DNA of 29,637 nt, taken from positions 1 to 29,637 of the IMG/VR virus record IMGVR_UViG_3300004241_000041; one strand, 5' to 3'. Each line of letters opens with the position of its first letter. Position 1 is the first letter of the stretch. Source of the stretch: a virus. Lineage: Duplodnaviria; Caudoviricetes. Below, one piece after another: positions 7,688-16,800 of the stretch. The notes beneath the pieces are model-generated. The model did no database searches, was not told where the DNA came from, and saw nothing but the letters and a program-made list of their open reading frames with translations. The translations under genes and the position numbers were made by a program.

Positions 7688-9189
7688 AGTAAATTGTAAT
7701 TAGCTAATCTATTTTGTCTTGCTGTAGCCTCGTTGACAGCTTCTAATATTGAACTCTTTAAGTCATTTATTCCATAGGTAGGGGCGTTAATGTTTATTGT
7801 GATACCACCATTCCCCATCTTCTGAGAATCTTGATTATTGTATACATGTGAACCACTTGGGAGTTTAACCATCTCTGCACCATTCTCTCCAACTTGAGTC
7901 CACCCAGAAGCCATACCACCAGTAGCATTTGAACCAAAATACTTTTGAGTAGCTGTAGTAAATCCTCCTGCGGCTGGTGTTGAATTTGATCCAATAACAG
8001 GGGCTTTGAGAGATGGAGCTGCCACTGGAGTCATTAAGTTTGTTTTAGTACTAGAAGTAATAGCCAATTGTTCTACTCCACCTGCTGTAGCACCCTTAAC
8101 CATAATCCCCCATGCTGTAAGTACTTGCAAACCTTGTACAACAAGATTAATTGCACCTGCAAGAGTCTGGAACACTGTAACCAATGGGCTAATCTGTCCC
8201 TGTGCATTCGTAGTACTCATATTATTAAACATTGTTAACAAATTCGTTAATGATTCTATGAGTCCGCCTTTCTCCGTAAGCGTTGTAACTACTGCACTGA
8301 ATCCTTGTTGTGTGAGATCCTGAGTTTTTCTTTTAGCTTCATCAGTTGGGTTAAACAACTTGGTAATTGCTTCAAGCAAACCACCTTTAGCACCAAGTGT
8401 ATCGGACAGCACTTTTATTCCTGGAGCGAAAGCAGTCTCAATCATTCCCAACCAGTTTGTGAATCCTGTAATAATAGTATCTAACATAGGAGTCATCTGT
8501 ACCAACGCTCCATCTTTGAGATTCACAAAACTCGCTTTAAGTGCATCAAGTTTGTCTGATATTGACACTGTTGCAGTCCCATATTCACCAGCAACCTTAG
8601 CTCCCTCTTTAATAACGTAATTCATAAGAGCTGCTGTCTTCTGGGTTTCAGTCATTTTCTCCATTGATTTAGTCAACGACTCGGGGATAACGACACCAAG
8701 CTTAGTAAGCATCATGTCTGATCCTCTCGCAATAGCTTGTACCATACTCTCAAACATCTCTTCAAACCCTATACCCATTTCATCAGCTTTGAATTGTACT
8801 GTAGTCATCACTCCTGCTAATTTTGTTACGTCTTTAGTAACACCAGTATTGGCAGCCTTAGAAGCAACCCTCATGAGGTTATAGTTATCAATCATACCAC
8901 CAGAAGCATCTTGTAGTTTCTTTAGGGCATCTGCTTGTTTACCAAAGTTACGTTCAAACCCTGCTGTAACCTCCTGCAATGCTCCTGCTCTCTCTCCCAT
9001 TTTAGCAATGGCTATTGAAGCAGCAGTAACGGCAGCAGTAACGGCAGCAGCGGCTATTGCAGCAGCCTTGAACCCTTTACTCATGGATACTGAAACTGCA
9101 TCTGTATTTTTACCTAGCTTTGATATTTCACTACTAGCATTATCTTGAAAATTCGCTTTAAGTAGTAAACTCTTTTCTTTATCTGCCAT
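7684..9189 (-). CDS. Tape measure protein (short, 501 aa)
   Basis: Ala/Thr-rich helical protein after the tail chaperones, with the C-terminal ATGG...VGENGAEMV.LP.GSHVY motif common in TMPs. Confidence 0.85.
   Translation of the reverse strand: MADKEKSLLLKANFQDNASSEISKLGKNTDAVSVSMSKGFKAAAIAAAAVTAAVTAASIAIAKMGERAGALQEVTAGFERNFGKQADALKKLQDASGGMIDNYNLMRVASKAANTGVTKDVTKLAGVMTTVQFKADEMGIGFEEMFESMVQAIARGSDMMLTKLGVVIPESLTKSMEKMTETQKTAALMNYVIKEGAKVAGEYGTATVSISDKLDALKASFVNLKDGALVQMTPMLDTIITGFTNWLGMIETAFAPGIKVLSDTLGAKGGLLEAITKLFNPTDEAKRKTQDLTQQGFSAVVTTLTEKGGLIESLTNLLTMFNNMSTTNAQGQISPLVTVFQTLAGAINLVVQGLQVLTAWGIMVKGATAGGVEQLAITSSTKTNLMTPVAAPSLKAPVIGSNSTPAAGGFTTATQKYFGSNATGGMASGWTQVGENGAEMVKLPSGSHVYNNQDSQKMGNGGITININAPTYGINDLKSSILEAVNEATARQNRLANYNLL
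9020..9050 (+). repeat. 12-bp tandem repeat (GCAGCAGTAACG, ~2.6 copies) inside the tape measure gene
   Basis: Read directly; encodes AAVT-AAVT-AA in frame. Confidence 0.8.
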
Positions 9190-9427
9190 TCTTTTTTTTC
9201 AATTGGTTTATATTCCCTCCAATTTTTGTTTTCTCTTTGTCTATCTTGTCTGTAACCATAAGTATTTGAGTCCATTCCCAATCCTCGTTTAATATCTCTG
9301 ACGGTAGTTTATGAAATTTCTCACATAACCTACTAATAACAAGTTCAAAAGGTATCTCCATAGAATTATAAAGAACACTCGCTCTTATCTTATTCTCAAC
9401 TTCTTCTATTGTATTTCTGTAAAAAGG
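9179..9427 (-). CDS. Tail assembly chaperone, C-terminal (gpT-like) part, probably made by -1 frameshift
   Basis: The frame of the 9179..9361 ORF is open back through 9430 and is -1 relative to 9406..9714. Contains a gpT-like KFHKLPSEI motif. Confidence 0.65.
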   Translation of the reverse strand, partial: PFYRNTIEEVENKIRASVLYNSMEIPFELVISRLCEKFHKLPSEILNEDWEWTQILMVTDKIDKEKTKIGGNINQLKKKNGR

Positions 9428-9714
9428 TTTGTAACCTCCTCGATAACCTGGTTCTGTATCTTCGTATAATCACTAACTGAAAGATTATCGATCAATTCTA
9501 GTGTTGGTTCTACATCATCATCAACCCTCAAACATAATATTGAGAATATCTTAGGTAATCTAAGCAATATCGTTCCTTCTTTCAATGATAGCTTCCCTTT
9601 GACAACCATTATGTTATACATTTTTCTTACATCACCACCTTTATATTTTTCAATGAACCAATAGGAATGTTCTCCTATCTTTATTTCTTTACACTCTCTC
9701 CCTTGTATCTCCAT
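9406..9714 (-). CDS. Tail assembly chaperone (gpG-like)
   Basis: 102 aa between tail tube and tape measure, with an IDNLSVSDY..I motif typical of these chaperones. Confidence 0.7.
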   Translation of the reverse strand: MEIQGRECKEIKIGEHSYWFIEKYKGGDVRKMYNIMVVKGKLSLKEGTILLRLPKIFSILCLRVDDDVEPTLELIDNLSVSDYTKIQNQVIEEVTNLFTEIQ

Positions 9715-9732
9715 TTTCTTTAAGAGCTAAAA

Positions 9733-10668
9733 TTATAAATCTTCTACCTTTAGAATCAAGAATCCATTTGTCTTATCTCCGTAATTAGTATTAAACGTCA
9801 ATGTTTCTGTTACATAAGCATCTTTGTCATTACTTGGTGTCCAATCTGAGAAGTCTACATTAGGCATTATCCAACTCCACTTCCAAGCACCATTACTTAT
9901 ATCAATCTGTACTGCCTGAGTAGTTTCAGCTAATCCTAAAGCCTTCAAAGTTGTAGTATTAAATGTTCCAGTTAAAGAACCTGTTAACCCCATTTGTTGG
10001 TTATAGATATTTGTAGCAGTTGTTGAACCTAGACTAAAATCAATATCTACGTTCTTCTCTACATTAAGTTGAACGTTCTTTAGAGGTGTTGCACTTGCTG
10101 CTGCTAATCCCGCATAGTTTGCTGCTAATTTAATCGTAACATCTGCACAATTAAATCTTGTTGCTGCTGCGTATGCTGGTGTTGTGTAAGTTGCAGCCGC
10201 TTCTTTTCCTGCAATAAACTCTGCTGTTCCTGTTACATATTCATCTCTATTTGCATTGAGTGTAAGGTTGTTAAGCATTCCGAATGGGTATTGCTTTTTG
10301 CCTGATACTGGATCAATTGTAACTATTGCGTATGAGTTGTGAATATTGCTATTAAGTACATCATAAGTTGTTACTGTAGATACTACTGAACCTGCCTGTC
10401 CACAAACCATTCTACTTAAATCCGTAAGCATAGAGTCCTGGAGTATAAATGGAACTGAACCTTGAGAATACTCTTTAACTATATCTGCTCCCTGTCTTCC
10501 AGGAATAGAACCCATAGCTGATTCATCTGCAACCTTTTCAATAACAGGTTTGAAATCAAACCCATCATGAGGATACATTAAAGAACCAGTTAATGTTGGG
10601 ACTGTTCCTCTAGTCGCTTCCACAATCCACCCTATTTCCCTTCTTCTTCCTACATGTTCATTTGCCAT
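9733..10668 (-). CDS. Major tail (tube) protein
   Basis: 311 aa; N-terminal G.RREIG..VE.TRGT pattern; lies between the tail terminator and chaperones. Confidence 0.8.
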   Translation of the reverse strand: MANEHVGRRREIGWIVEATRGTVPTLTGSLMYPHDGFDFKPVIEKVADESAMGSIPGRQGADIVKEYSQGSVPFILQDSMLTDLSRMVCGQAGSVVSTVTTYDVLNSNIHNSYAIVTIDPVSGKKQYPFGMLNNLTLNANRDEYVTGTAEFIAGKEAAATYTTPAYAAATRFNCADVTIKLAANYAGLAAASATPLKNVQLNVEKNVDIDFSLGSTTATNIYNQQMGLTGSLTGTFNTTTLKALGLAETTQAVQIDISNGAWKWSWIMPNVDFSDWTPSNDKDAYVTETLTFNTNYGDKTNGFLILKVEDL

Positions 10669-10771
10669 TTTTTTGTAACTCTAATAATTTATTTCTTGTT
10701 ACTGTAGTCCCTAGGCTCGGTACATACACTAACTCTTCCCCTTTCTCCTTTTTAATAATCTTCTTAGGCAC
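10658..10771 (-). CDS. Small hypothetical protein (37 aa, GTG start)
   Basis: Not in the ORF track. MPKKIIKKEKGEELVYVPSLGTTVTRNKLLELQKNGK bridges the 95-nt gap and overlaps both neighbours. Confidence 0.45.
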   Translation of the reverse strand: MPKKIIKKEKGEELVYVPSLGTTVTRNKLLELQKNGK

Positions 10772-11228
10772 GACTTATATACTCTTTAACAACTAAGCTA
10801 ATTGTTCTCTTATAAAGATTTCTACCTGAATCAAAGTCATCATTGTAGCTAGGATTCATATCCCAATCTACTCCGATTGTACTCATAGTAGTCTTGTCAA
10901 AGAGCGTTGTTTTAACATAATCCCAAGCTTCTCTTAGCCTTAGCATAGACTCCTCTATCTTCTCATCCTCTGTTTGTTTATCTATTGTACCATAATTAAC
11001 ACACATAGATACCTGTATAGTAGTGTTAAAATCTATACTCATGTTATCAATACTCGCACCACTTCCAGTTGGATCAAGTATAACTACAAAAGGATATCCT
11101 GCATCGTTTGCCCAATTGGGATAAGTGAATACTCCTTGGAACTTTGTTGTACCCGTACCACTGTCTGAAGTCCAAGACATATTAGTAAACAGTGTTTTAA
11201 GATTACTAATAACTGTTGCAATTTTCAT
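10764..11228 (-). CDS. Tail terminator / tail completion protein
   Basis: Size and position just before the tail tube; YP.VVI motif. Confidence 0.6.
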   Translation of the reverse strand: MKIATVISNLKTLFTNMSWTSDSGTGTTKFQGVFTYPNWANDAGYPFVVILDPTGSGASIDNMSIDFNTTIQVSMCVNYGTIDKQTEDEKIEESMLRLREAWDYVKTTLFDKTTMSTIGVDWDMNPSYNDDFDSGRNLYKRTISLVVKEYISRA

Positions 11229-11692
11229 TCTGTATATTCATTTAATAACTTATCTAACTCCTTATCCATAAAATCCTTCTCGAACTCTTCTATAAGCATA
11301 GTCAATTCCTTTGGGGCTTTGTCCCTATACTTTTGTGTACCCTTTCTAGCTATGCTTCTTGCTACTAGATACGCTAGACTTGGGTCTCCCAACTTATCAC
11401 TTGCCCACTGTCTTAACGCTTCTACTGGTGGCATCTTACCTGGTTTCCTTCCGTACTCAAGTATAATGTCGCCATAAACCTTAGAGTATATAGCTATCTC
11501 TTCAGGGCTAGACTCTCCAATAACGCTACTGGACAACTCTCCTGTAGAACTATGTCCTTCTATAGCCTTCTTAACCATTTCAACGAGCTTGTTCTTCATC
11601 ATAACCATTGCATACCCTCTTGCCCTATCCCTATTCGATTGATTGTTTACCCAAGCATCAACTTCTTTTGTATCTATACTAATGTCTACCAT
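11225..11692 (-). CDS. Neck / tail completion protein (HK97 gp10-like)
   Basis: TGELSSS...Y...LEYGRKPGKMPP..AL..W...IARKGT pattern and position. Confidence 0.7.
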   Translation of the reverse strand: MVDISIDTKEVDAWVNNQSNRDRARGYAMVMMKNKLVEMVKKAIEGHSSTGELSSSVIGESSPEEIAIYSKVYGDIILEYGRKPGKMPPVEALRQWASDKLGDPSLAYLVARSIARKGTQKYRDKAPKELTMLIEEFEKDFMDKELDKLLNEYTE

Positions 11693-12011
11693 TGTTGGTA
11701 TTGAGTATTAACTTGTAACTATTAAACAATCTTATATACTTTGGTTTATTGACAACTATGTATTCAAAAGTTCCATAGACTAGCTTGTCGCCTTCTCTGA
11801 TATTACTTGCGTTAGTATACTTACCATTTACATTAGCCACATACTCTCCCATGTCTTCACCAACTACTGCAATGGTATCTTCATTCCTTCTAATGATATT
11901 TATGAGAATAGTAAACGCCGCTGTAGATGAATAGTTACCTATCTTGGTAGAGTTACTATCTGCTACATGGTATACGCTATATAATGTTTCATCTTCTGGA
12001 TATAAACTCAT
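11679..12011 (-). CDS. Head closure (stopper) protein
   Basis: 110 aa; IREGDKL.YG..EYIV pattern; follows the adaptor. Confidence 0.6.
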   Translation of the reverse strand: MSLYPEDETLYSVYHVADSNSTKIGNYSSTAAFTILINIIRRNEDTIAVVGEDMGEYVANVNGKYTNASNIREGDKLVYGTFEYIVVNKPKYIRLFNSYKLILNTNNGRH

Positions 12012-12637
12012 ACTGTTATTGAAAAGATATATTTAGATTTATTATTCAATCCTTGGAACAACTCTATTGCCCTTTCTTTAAGTGCCGAAGGGGAACTCAT
12101 GTCTAATGTTTCTGCTGAGGAATAAGATACGCTTAGCCCCTCTTCTGATTTACTTATTGTAGCGTTCCTAGAGCCATCAGGAGCAATGATTCCATTAACT
12201 GACTGATATTGTGCCAATGCCCAAAATACAATGCCTAGATCAAGACTAGAGCTATCTGGATAATCAAAGTAAGCATTATCTCTTAATGCACCATCAAACA
12301 TCTTGTATGTAGTCTTGTACTTGAAATCAAAAGTACCCTCTGTAATATAATCAGTATCCCAAAATACAATCCTTCTGAGTCCGTCTAATTGCCAGTAAAC
12401 ACCCTCGTATGGCATATCGGTATAGATAAGAGAAAGACAATCATGTGTTAAATCTTTATAACCATTTGCGATGTCTGTACTTGTGATAGTTATGTCCTCA
12501 TAAATCCTTTTATCTGCGAATTCGGATAGCTTTAGAATCCCGCTGTCTAAGAACTTGAGTGTTTCTAAATCGGGCATGGAATAATCCGTTACATCATCAT
12601 TGATGAACTTTCTAAACATTGAATATATATCTGACAT
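12008..12637 (-). CDS. Head-tail adaptor protein
   Basis: ISKSEEGLSVSY hairpin motif typical of adaptors; first gene of the neck cluster. Confidence 0.65.
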   Translation of the reverse strand: MSDIYSMFRKFINDDVTDYSMPDLETLKFLDSGILKLSEFADKRIYEDITITSTDIANGYKDLTHDCLSLIYTDMPYEGVYWQLDGLRRIVFWDTDYITEGTFDFKYKTTYKMFDGALRDNAYFDYPDSSSLDLGIVFWALAQYQSVNGIIAPDGSRNATISKSEEGLSVSYSSAETLDMSSPSALKERAIELFQGLNNKSKYIFSITV

Positions 12638-12654
12638 TGTTCTACTGTATTAAC

Positions 12655-12834
12655 TTATTTCCCTTTCCCCTTTTTGTTTCCCTTGTCTTTTTTAACCATC
12701 ACAAAATCCTTCTCCCCCTCTTTAGCTATAATATCAAATCCATTGCCATCTAGTTTCTTAGCGTAACTTTCAAATGCTATATAAGTCTTGCCTGACTCCC
12801 TATCTTTTACTAGATACTTTGGTTGTTTTAGCAT
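12655..12834 (-). CDS. Small basic protein (59 aa), possible capsid-associated module
   Basis: Track ORF 12655..12870; ATG at 12834 (MLKQPKYLVKD...) preferred; Lys-rich tail. Confidence 0.5.
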   Translation of the reverse strand: MLKQPKYLVKDRESGKTYIAFESYAKKLDGNGFDIIAKEGEKDFVMVKKDKGNKKGKGK

Positions 12835-13138
12835 TTCTGCGTACCTTGGATCTATCATTTTTAGGAACAATTAATTTAGTTTCTTCTGCATTGACATGTC
12901 TTTCTATATACTCCGAGTCTCTTATGACATCAGGGAACTTAGCAAGAATATCATTTCTAAGGTTTCTACCACTCTTAGATACTAACACCCCACCCTGTCC
13001 TCCCGAAGGAGCTACATAGTTACCATTCTCCATTAAAGAATCCGATATAGAAAGAACAACTTTTGCCTGCTTAAATCCAGACTCTTCCATTTCTTCTGGC
13101 AAATCAACTATCCTTCCGCATTGATTTACAATAAACAT
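12800..13138 (-). CDS. Stand-alone homologue of the N-terminal domain of the 26471..27718 glycosyltransferase
   Basis: First 20 aa are 12/20 identical to the start of the 415-aa GT4 (MFIVNQCGRIVDLPEEMEES vs MYIKNATGRIVDVSEAFEES). Confidence 0.7.
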   Translation of the reverse strand: MFIVNQCGRIVDLPEEMEESGFKQAKVVLSISDSLMENGNYVAPSGGQGGVLVSKSGRNLRNDILAKFPDVIRDSEYIERHVNAEETKLIVPKNDRSKVRRNAKTTKVSSKR

Positions 13139-13144
13139 AGCAAT

Positions 13145-14110
13145 CTAAACTAAACTTAAATAGCTCTCAAGCTCATTAATAATTCTTCTCCAGTTATATT
13201 TATTATACACTTCTTTGCTACCTTTTTCTCCTAGTTCTCTACACTCCTCCTCATGTTCGTATGCCCATCTCATTTGTTTTTTAACACCGTCTTTACTTGG
13301 CATTATCATAAATCCTGGATATCGTGGTGAAGCATTTACATACCCCTCAATACCACAATCTAAATACCCTGTTCCCCATTGTTCTTTCATTGCCATTTGC
13401 TTAGGGAGTATAACAGGAATACCTTGAGCTACGCATTCAAACGAAGGCATGAACCAACCTTCACCTTTAACAGGGAATACTCCACAATCAGCAGTCTCTA
13501 GCATTTCAGTCATTTCTAAATCTGATATATGTCCAATTATCTCTTTCACATTAGGAGCAACTAATCCATCTCCTACTTGAGGTATTAACCAATTGCCATT
13601 CCCTCTATCCCTTGCCTTCATAACGAGCTGTACTGGCTCACTAACATCGAATTCCTCTAGGAAAGCACCAAGTACTATCTCCCATCCTTTTCGCCATTCG
13701 TAGGCGTTCCAGTGGATGAATGTAAATACTCCATCATCTCTTCTAGCTTTATACTGCCATCTATCATCTATACCATGATGCCACACCTTTGATTCTATAC
13801 CTTGTCGTTTCAATACCCATTGATTAAACTTAGAGGCTGTTAATACCAAGTCTGGTTTGCTCTTCTTGATAGTATCTATCCAACCTACAGGATATTTACT
13901 TGATTCAAATACAGTATAGTAAACAATCTTTTTATCAGGAAACTTTTCTCTGGTTTCTATTAGAGTGTTAGGCATACCATAACAAAAACATATATCAGGG
14001 TTACTTCCTACAATCTCATGCCCTGCATTAACTAATCCTTGTTGTATCCCTTTCCCAAGCACACCAAGTCCCCCATTAATAGCATTCGTAAACTTGTAGT
14101 ATATTTTCAT
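13145..14110 (-). CDS. Glycosyltransferase, GT4 / GT-B fold
   Basis: RKG motif and EGWFMPSFE...GIPVI (E-x7-E) signature; C-terminal YNW. Confidence 0.85.
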   Translation of the reverse strand: MKIYYKFTNAINGGLGVLGKGIQQGLVNAGHEIVGSNPDICFCYGMPNTLIETREKFPDKKIVYYTVFESSKYPVGWIDTIKKSKPDLVLTASKFNQWVLKRQGIESKVWHHGIDDRWQYKARRDDGVFTFIHWNAYEWRKGWEIVLGAFLEEFDVSEPVQLVMKARDRGNGNWLIPQVGDGLVAPNVKEIIGHISDLEMTEMLETADCGVFPVKGEGWFMPSFECVAQGIPVILPKQMAMKEQWGTGYLDCGIEGYVNASPRYPGFMIMPSKDGVKKQMRWAYEHEEECRELGEKGSKEVYNKYNWRRIINELESYLSLV

Positions 14111-14367
14111 TATTCTGTTACCTTAATCTTATATTTACTAGGAGAGTTCTCTGCTTCCTCCCAGGTATCGAATATGAATCCTTTATCCCCGATCATGAAT
14201 CCGCGGTTAAGCATTACTTGTAGATACGATTTATGTATGAGAAGTTTTTCACCAATATATACCTCAGTCCATATATCGCAACCGAGATTAAGCCGAGGCG
14301 GTAAGGCAATGAAGCGTGTAACAATTTCAGGGTTAGGCGTAACCCATATAAAGTCTTTCATTTCCAT
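14110..14367 (-). CDS. Hypothetical protein directly after the major capsid gene
   Basis: 85-aa ORF with TAATG coupling to the glycosyltransferase. Confidence 0.6.
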   Translation of the reverse strand: MEMKDFIWVTPNPEIVTRFIALPPRLNLGCDIWTEVYIGEKLLIHKSYLQVMLNRGFMIGDKGFIFDTWEEAENSPSKYKIKVTE

Positions 14368-14369
14368 AT

Positions 14370-14391
14370 CTCAGTCCCCGAAGGGACTAAG
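14370..14391 (-). promoter_or_regulatory. C(UUCG)G tetraloop hairpin after the major capsid gene
   Basis: Minus strand CTTAGTCCC-TTCG-GGGACTGAG: 9-bp stem with one G-U pair and no U-tract. Confidence 0.65.
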
Positions 14392-14402
14392 TATAGCAAC
14401 GA

Positions 14403-15368
14403 TTAGTATGCTCCGTATGTAACATCAATTAAGAGTGTTGGCTCTACAACTGCTATTCCATAGATTGTATCAAATGATACTTCTAATCCTCTAGCTAATT
14501 GATTGTAACCAACGATACTTCTCATTGAGTAGACAAGGTTACCCTCATCATCTGAGATATTCATTGGAGTTACTTCAACGCCTGGAAGACTCTGAGTAGT
14601 CATATCAACAAATGCGATTGCGATTGCTTCTGGTTGGAATGCAATTGCATGCTCTGCACTTGGAGAACCTGCTACTGCTGGCATCATGTTAGAGACATAG
14701 TTCTGGAATCCGTAGATGTTCCCTATGAATCCATCTCTGATTGCACTCTGGTCTCCACCAGTTACCATATGTTGCTTGAATGTTGAGTCGTTCAATAGAT
14801 CGTACTCACCTTGTGAACCCCAAACTGCAATGAATGGACTTGTATTTCTCCATTTGTTTATTCTTGCAAGTTTCTTCAAGGTTGAAATCATAGCTACTGA
14901 AGCTGCTGTATCAACATCTCCTGTATCTACTCCAGCACTTGCGTACTTAGAGATAACATCAGTTTCAATTGCTTGTGCGATTGCTGCACCTGCTTCGATT
15001 GCAAATGCTTCTTTTGCTGCTGGTGTGAATAATCCACCGAAATCTTCGATTAAGAAGTCAACAGTCTTGAAAGTATCTAACTGTAAGTCGACTTTGGTCA
15101 TTGTTACCTGTTGTCGTGTTGCTTCTGTTCCGACTGCTTTATTCTGAGCCGTTAGAGAACCCCACTTAGGGAATCTAATGCTGTCTGCATAACCACCACC
15201 TTGTACTTTGGCTATTTCAGATACGTTTCTAATTTTGCTTGTAACAACCAAGTTGCTTTTTAAGGTTTGAATACCTTTTGCCATTGCAAATGGAGTTATC
15301 GCATAAGCGACTGATCCTGCTGCACCAGCGGAAGATTGATTGTTATAGTTACTTGTTACTGCACCCAT
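14403..15368 (-). CDS. Major capsid protein (HK97 fold, P22-coat-like)
   Basis: 321 aa after the scaffold, with D(S/T)I.FP, IG.IYGF..Y.SN, AF..EAIA.A and D.IYG..V patterns. Confidence 0.85.
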   Translation of the reverse strand: MGAVTSNYNNQSSAGAAGSVAYAITPFAMAKGIQTLKSNLVVTSKIRNVSEIAKVQGGGYADSIRFPKWGSLTAQNKAVGTEATRQQVTMTKVDLQLDTFKTVDFLIEDFGGLFTPAAKEAFAIEAGAAIAQAIETDVISKYASAGVDTGDVDTAASVAMISTLKKLARINKWRNTSPFIAVWGSQGEYDLLNDSTFKQHMVTGGDQSAIRDGFIGNIYGFQNYVSNMMPAVAGSPSAEHAIAFQPEAIAIAFVDMTTQSLPGVEVTPMNISDDEGNLVYSMRSIVGYNQLARGLEVSFDTIYGIAVVEPTLLIDVTYGAY

Positions 15369-15403
15369 TTTAGTAAATCCTAAAAAATAAAAATTGCTCT
15401 ACT

Positions 15404-15976
15404 CTAGGATTTGAATTTCTCAGGGTTATTTAGAATGTAATCAGCATCTGTTACGTTGCCTTTTACTGAACCAATTGAGTTTGGTCTGCTATCACTGGTT
15501 GTTGGTGTATTTGAAGTAATAACCTCATTTATCATTTCTAACTCAGTATTAACAACCGCTTCTAAATCATCAGAAGGGTTTACCCTCTTCTTCAGATATT
15601 TCTTAGTTGCTTCTGTTACCCCCTGTAAATTATCAATATACGCATCTCTTTTCTGTTCTGCCTTTGTCTGATTTAATTCAGATTTAAGAGAAGAAAACTC
15701 ACTTTTTAGAGCTTCTAGTGGATCTACATCTGATTCCACATTTACATCTCCCAACAGTTCTTTAAGAGCAGACTTAACATCAGGCTTGGCTTTGAGTTCT
15801 TCAATTTGTTTCTGAAGTGCTTGTATTTGCCCTGTCTGACTTTTAATTATGTCCGTGCTTTTATCTGGCTTCTCAGATGTATGCTCGGTTGTAGAATCAT
15901 TTGTCTTCTCGGATTCCTTAGCGGCTTCCTCAATGACAGGTTGGTTCTTTACCTCAACATTTTCTTTAGTTTCCAT
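15404..15976 (-). CDS. Capsid scaffolding protein
   Basis: Charged coiled-coil protein with disordered ends, immediately upstream of the capsid gene. Confidence 0.7.
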   Translation of the reverse strand: METKENVEVKNQPVIEEAAKESEKTNDSTTEHTSEKPDKSTDIIKSQTGQIQALQKQIEELKAKPDVKSALKELLGDVNVESDVDPLEALKSEFSSLKSELNQTKAEQKRDAYIDNLQGVTEATKKYLKKRVNPSDDLEAVVNTELEMINEVITSNTPTTSDSRPNSIGSVKGNVTDADYILNNPEKFKS

Positions 15977-16013
15977 TTACCTAAAGTCTTAAATTATATA
16001 GAGCTACACTATA

Positions 16014-16041
16014 AATATATCACATTATAAATGTTACGCAA
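16014..16041 (-). promoter_or_regulatory. Promoter candidate for scaffold/capsid (TTGCGT-N16-TATATT with extended TG)
   Basis: Read from the intergenic gap; shares AATGTGATAT with the element upstream of the portal. Confidence 0.4.
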
Positions 16042-16800
16042 TTACTTCCTTTTAACAAAGGTTTCGTACTCACATTGACAACCTACATGAAAGGGGGGGC
16101 GTTGTGCTTCATCTATAGGATATTCACCTGCTAAGTCATCACATATATCCTCAACTACATGACTCTTTGATACTGTTATCCTTGCCCAAGTATCTAACCC
16201 ATATTCATCAGCTTCAGCCTTAGCTATATCATACTTAGAATTTGTATAAGCATAAACCATTTCATTGTGTGCTGCTCTTTTAATATTATATGCTGGTGTA
16301 CCTGCTGCAACTTGTTTCTCAATGTTCGCTCCTAAGGTAAATAAACTATCCCCCTTCTGAATAGATGTATATATTTCCTTGTACACTGATTTAATATCTG
16401 CATCATTCCATATTCTCTGAGATAGTCTTAATCCATCTTCTGCTACACGATTAGCATAATTATTAGCTAGTCTAGTTCCCAAGTCTAAATACTTAGTAGC
16501 ATCTATACCCGTCTTAGATAGTGAAGAAGATACAACTTGCCCTACACCAAGCAATACAGAGGCTTCTATAGCACTCTCTACTGTTACAAGTGCAGCTGGT
16601 CTTAGATTGTTCTCTATCTCTGCATCAATAGCATCTAATAAATCAGCTATGTCTTTTCTGTTAGTTAGATCGTACTTATTTCCAAAGATAACCCTAACTA
16701 ATTGAGTAGCCTGCAACTCACTCATAGCAGATACTCTAGTCAAGTTACTCTTCATCATATTCAATTGTTCTAGTCTATTTTGTGTTGATATGTTACTCAT
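16042..16800 (-). CDS. Minor head protein, MuF / SPP1 gp7-like
   Basis: LSQRIW, R.A..E, DICDDL and PPFHVGCQC (variant of PPxHPxCRC). ATG at 16800 preferred because of an ATGA overlap with the upstream small ORF. Confidence 0.8.
   Translation of the reverse strand: MSNISTQNRLEQLNMMKSNLTRVSAMSELQATQLVRVIFGNKYDLTNRKDIADLLDAIDAEIENNLRPAALVTVESAIEASVLLGVGQVVSSSLSKTGIDATKYLDLGTRLANNYANRVAEDGLRLSQRIWNDADIKSVYKEIYTSIQKGDSLFTLGANIEKQVAAGTPAYNIKRAAHNEMVYAYTNSKYDIAKAEADEYGLDTWARITVSKSHVVEDICDDLAGEYPIDEAQRPPFHVGCQCEYETFVKRK

Noticed and set aside
7794-7994. 66-aa minus-strand ORF nested in the tape measure gene
   Set aside because: Alternative frame overlapping the conserved TMP C-terminal motif, with no independent support.
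9388-9408. TAG readthrough joining the two chaperone ORFs
   Set aside because: The zero frame hits TAA six codons later, and the downstream ORF is in the -1 frame.
16093-16099. G7 homopolymer as a phase-variation tract
   Set aside because: Short, and explained by Arg-Pro-Pro codons in the conserved MuF motif.
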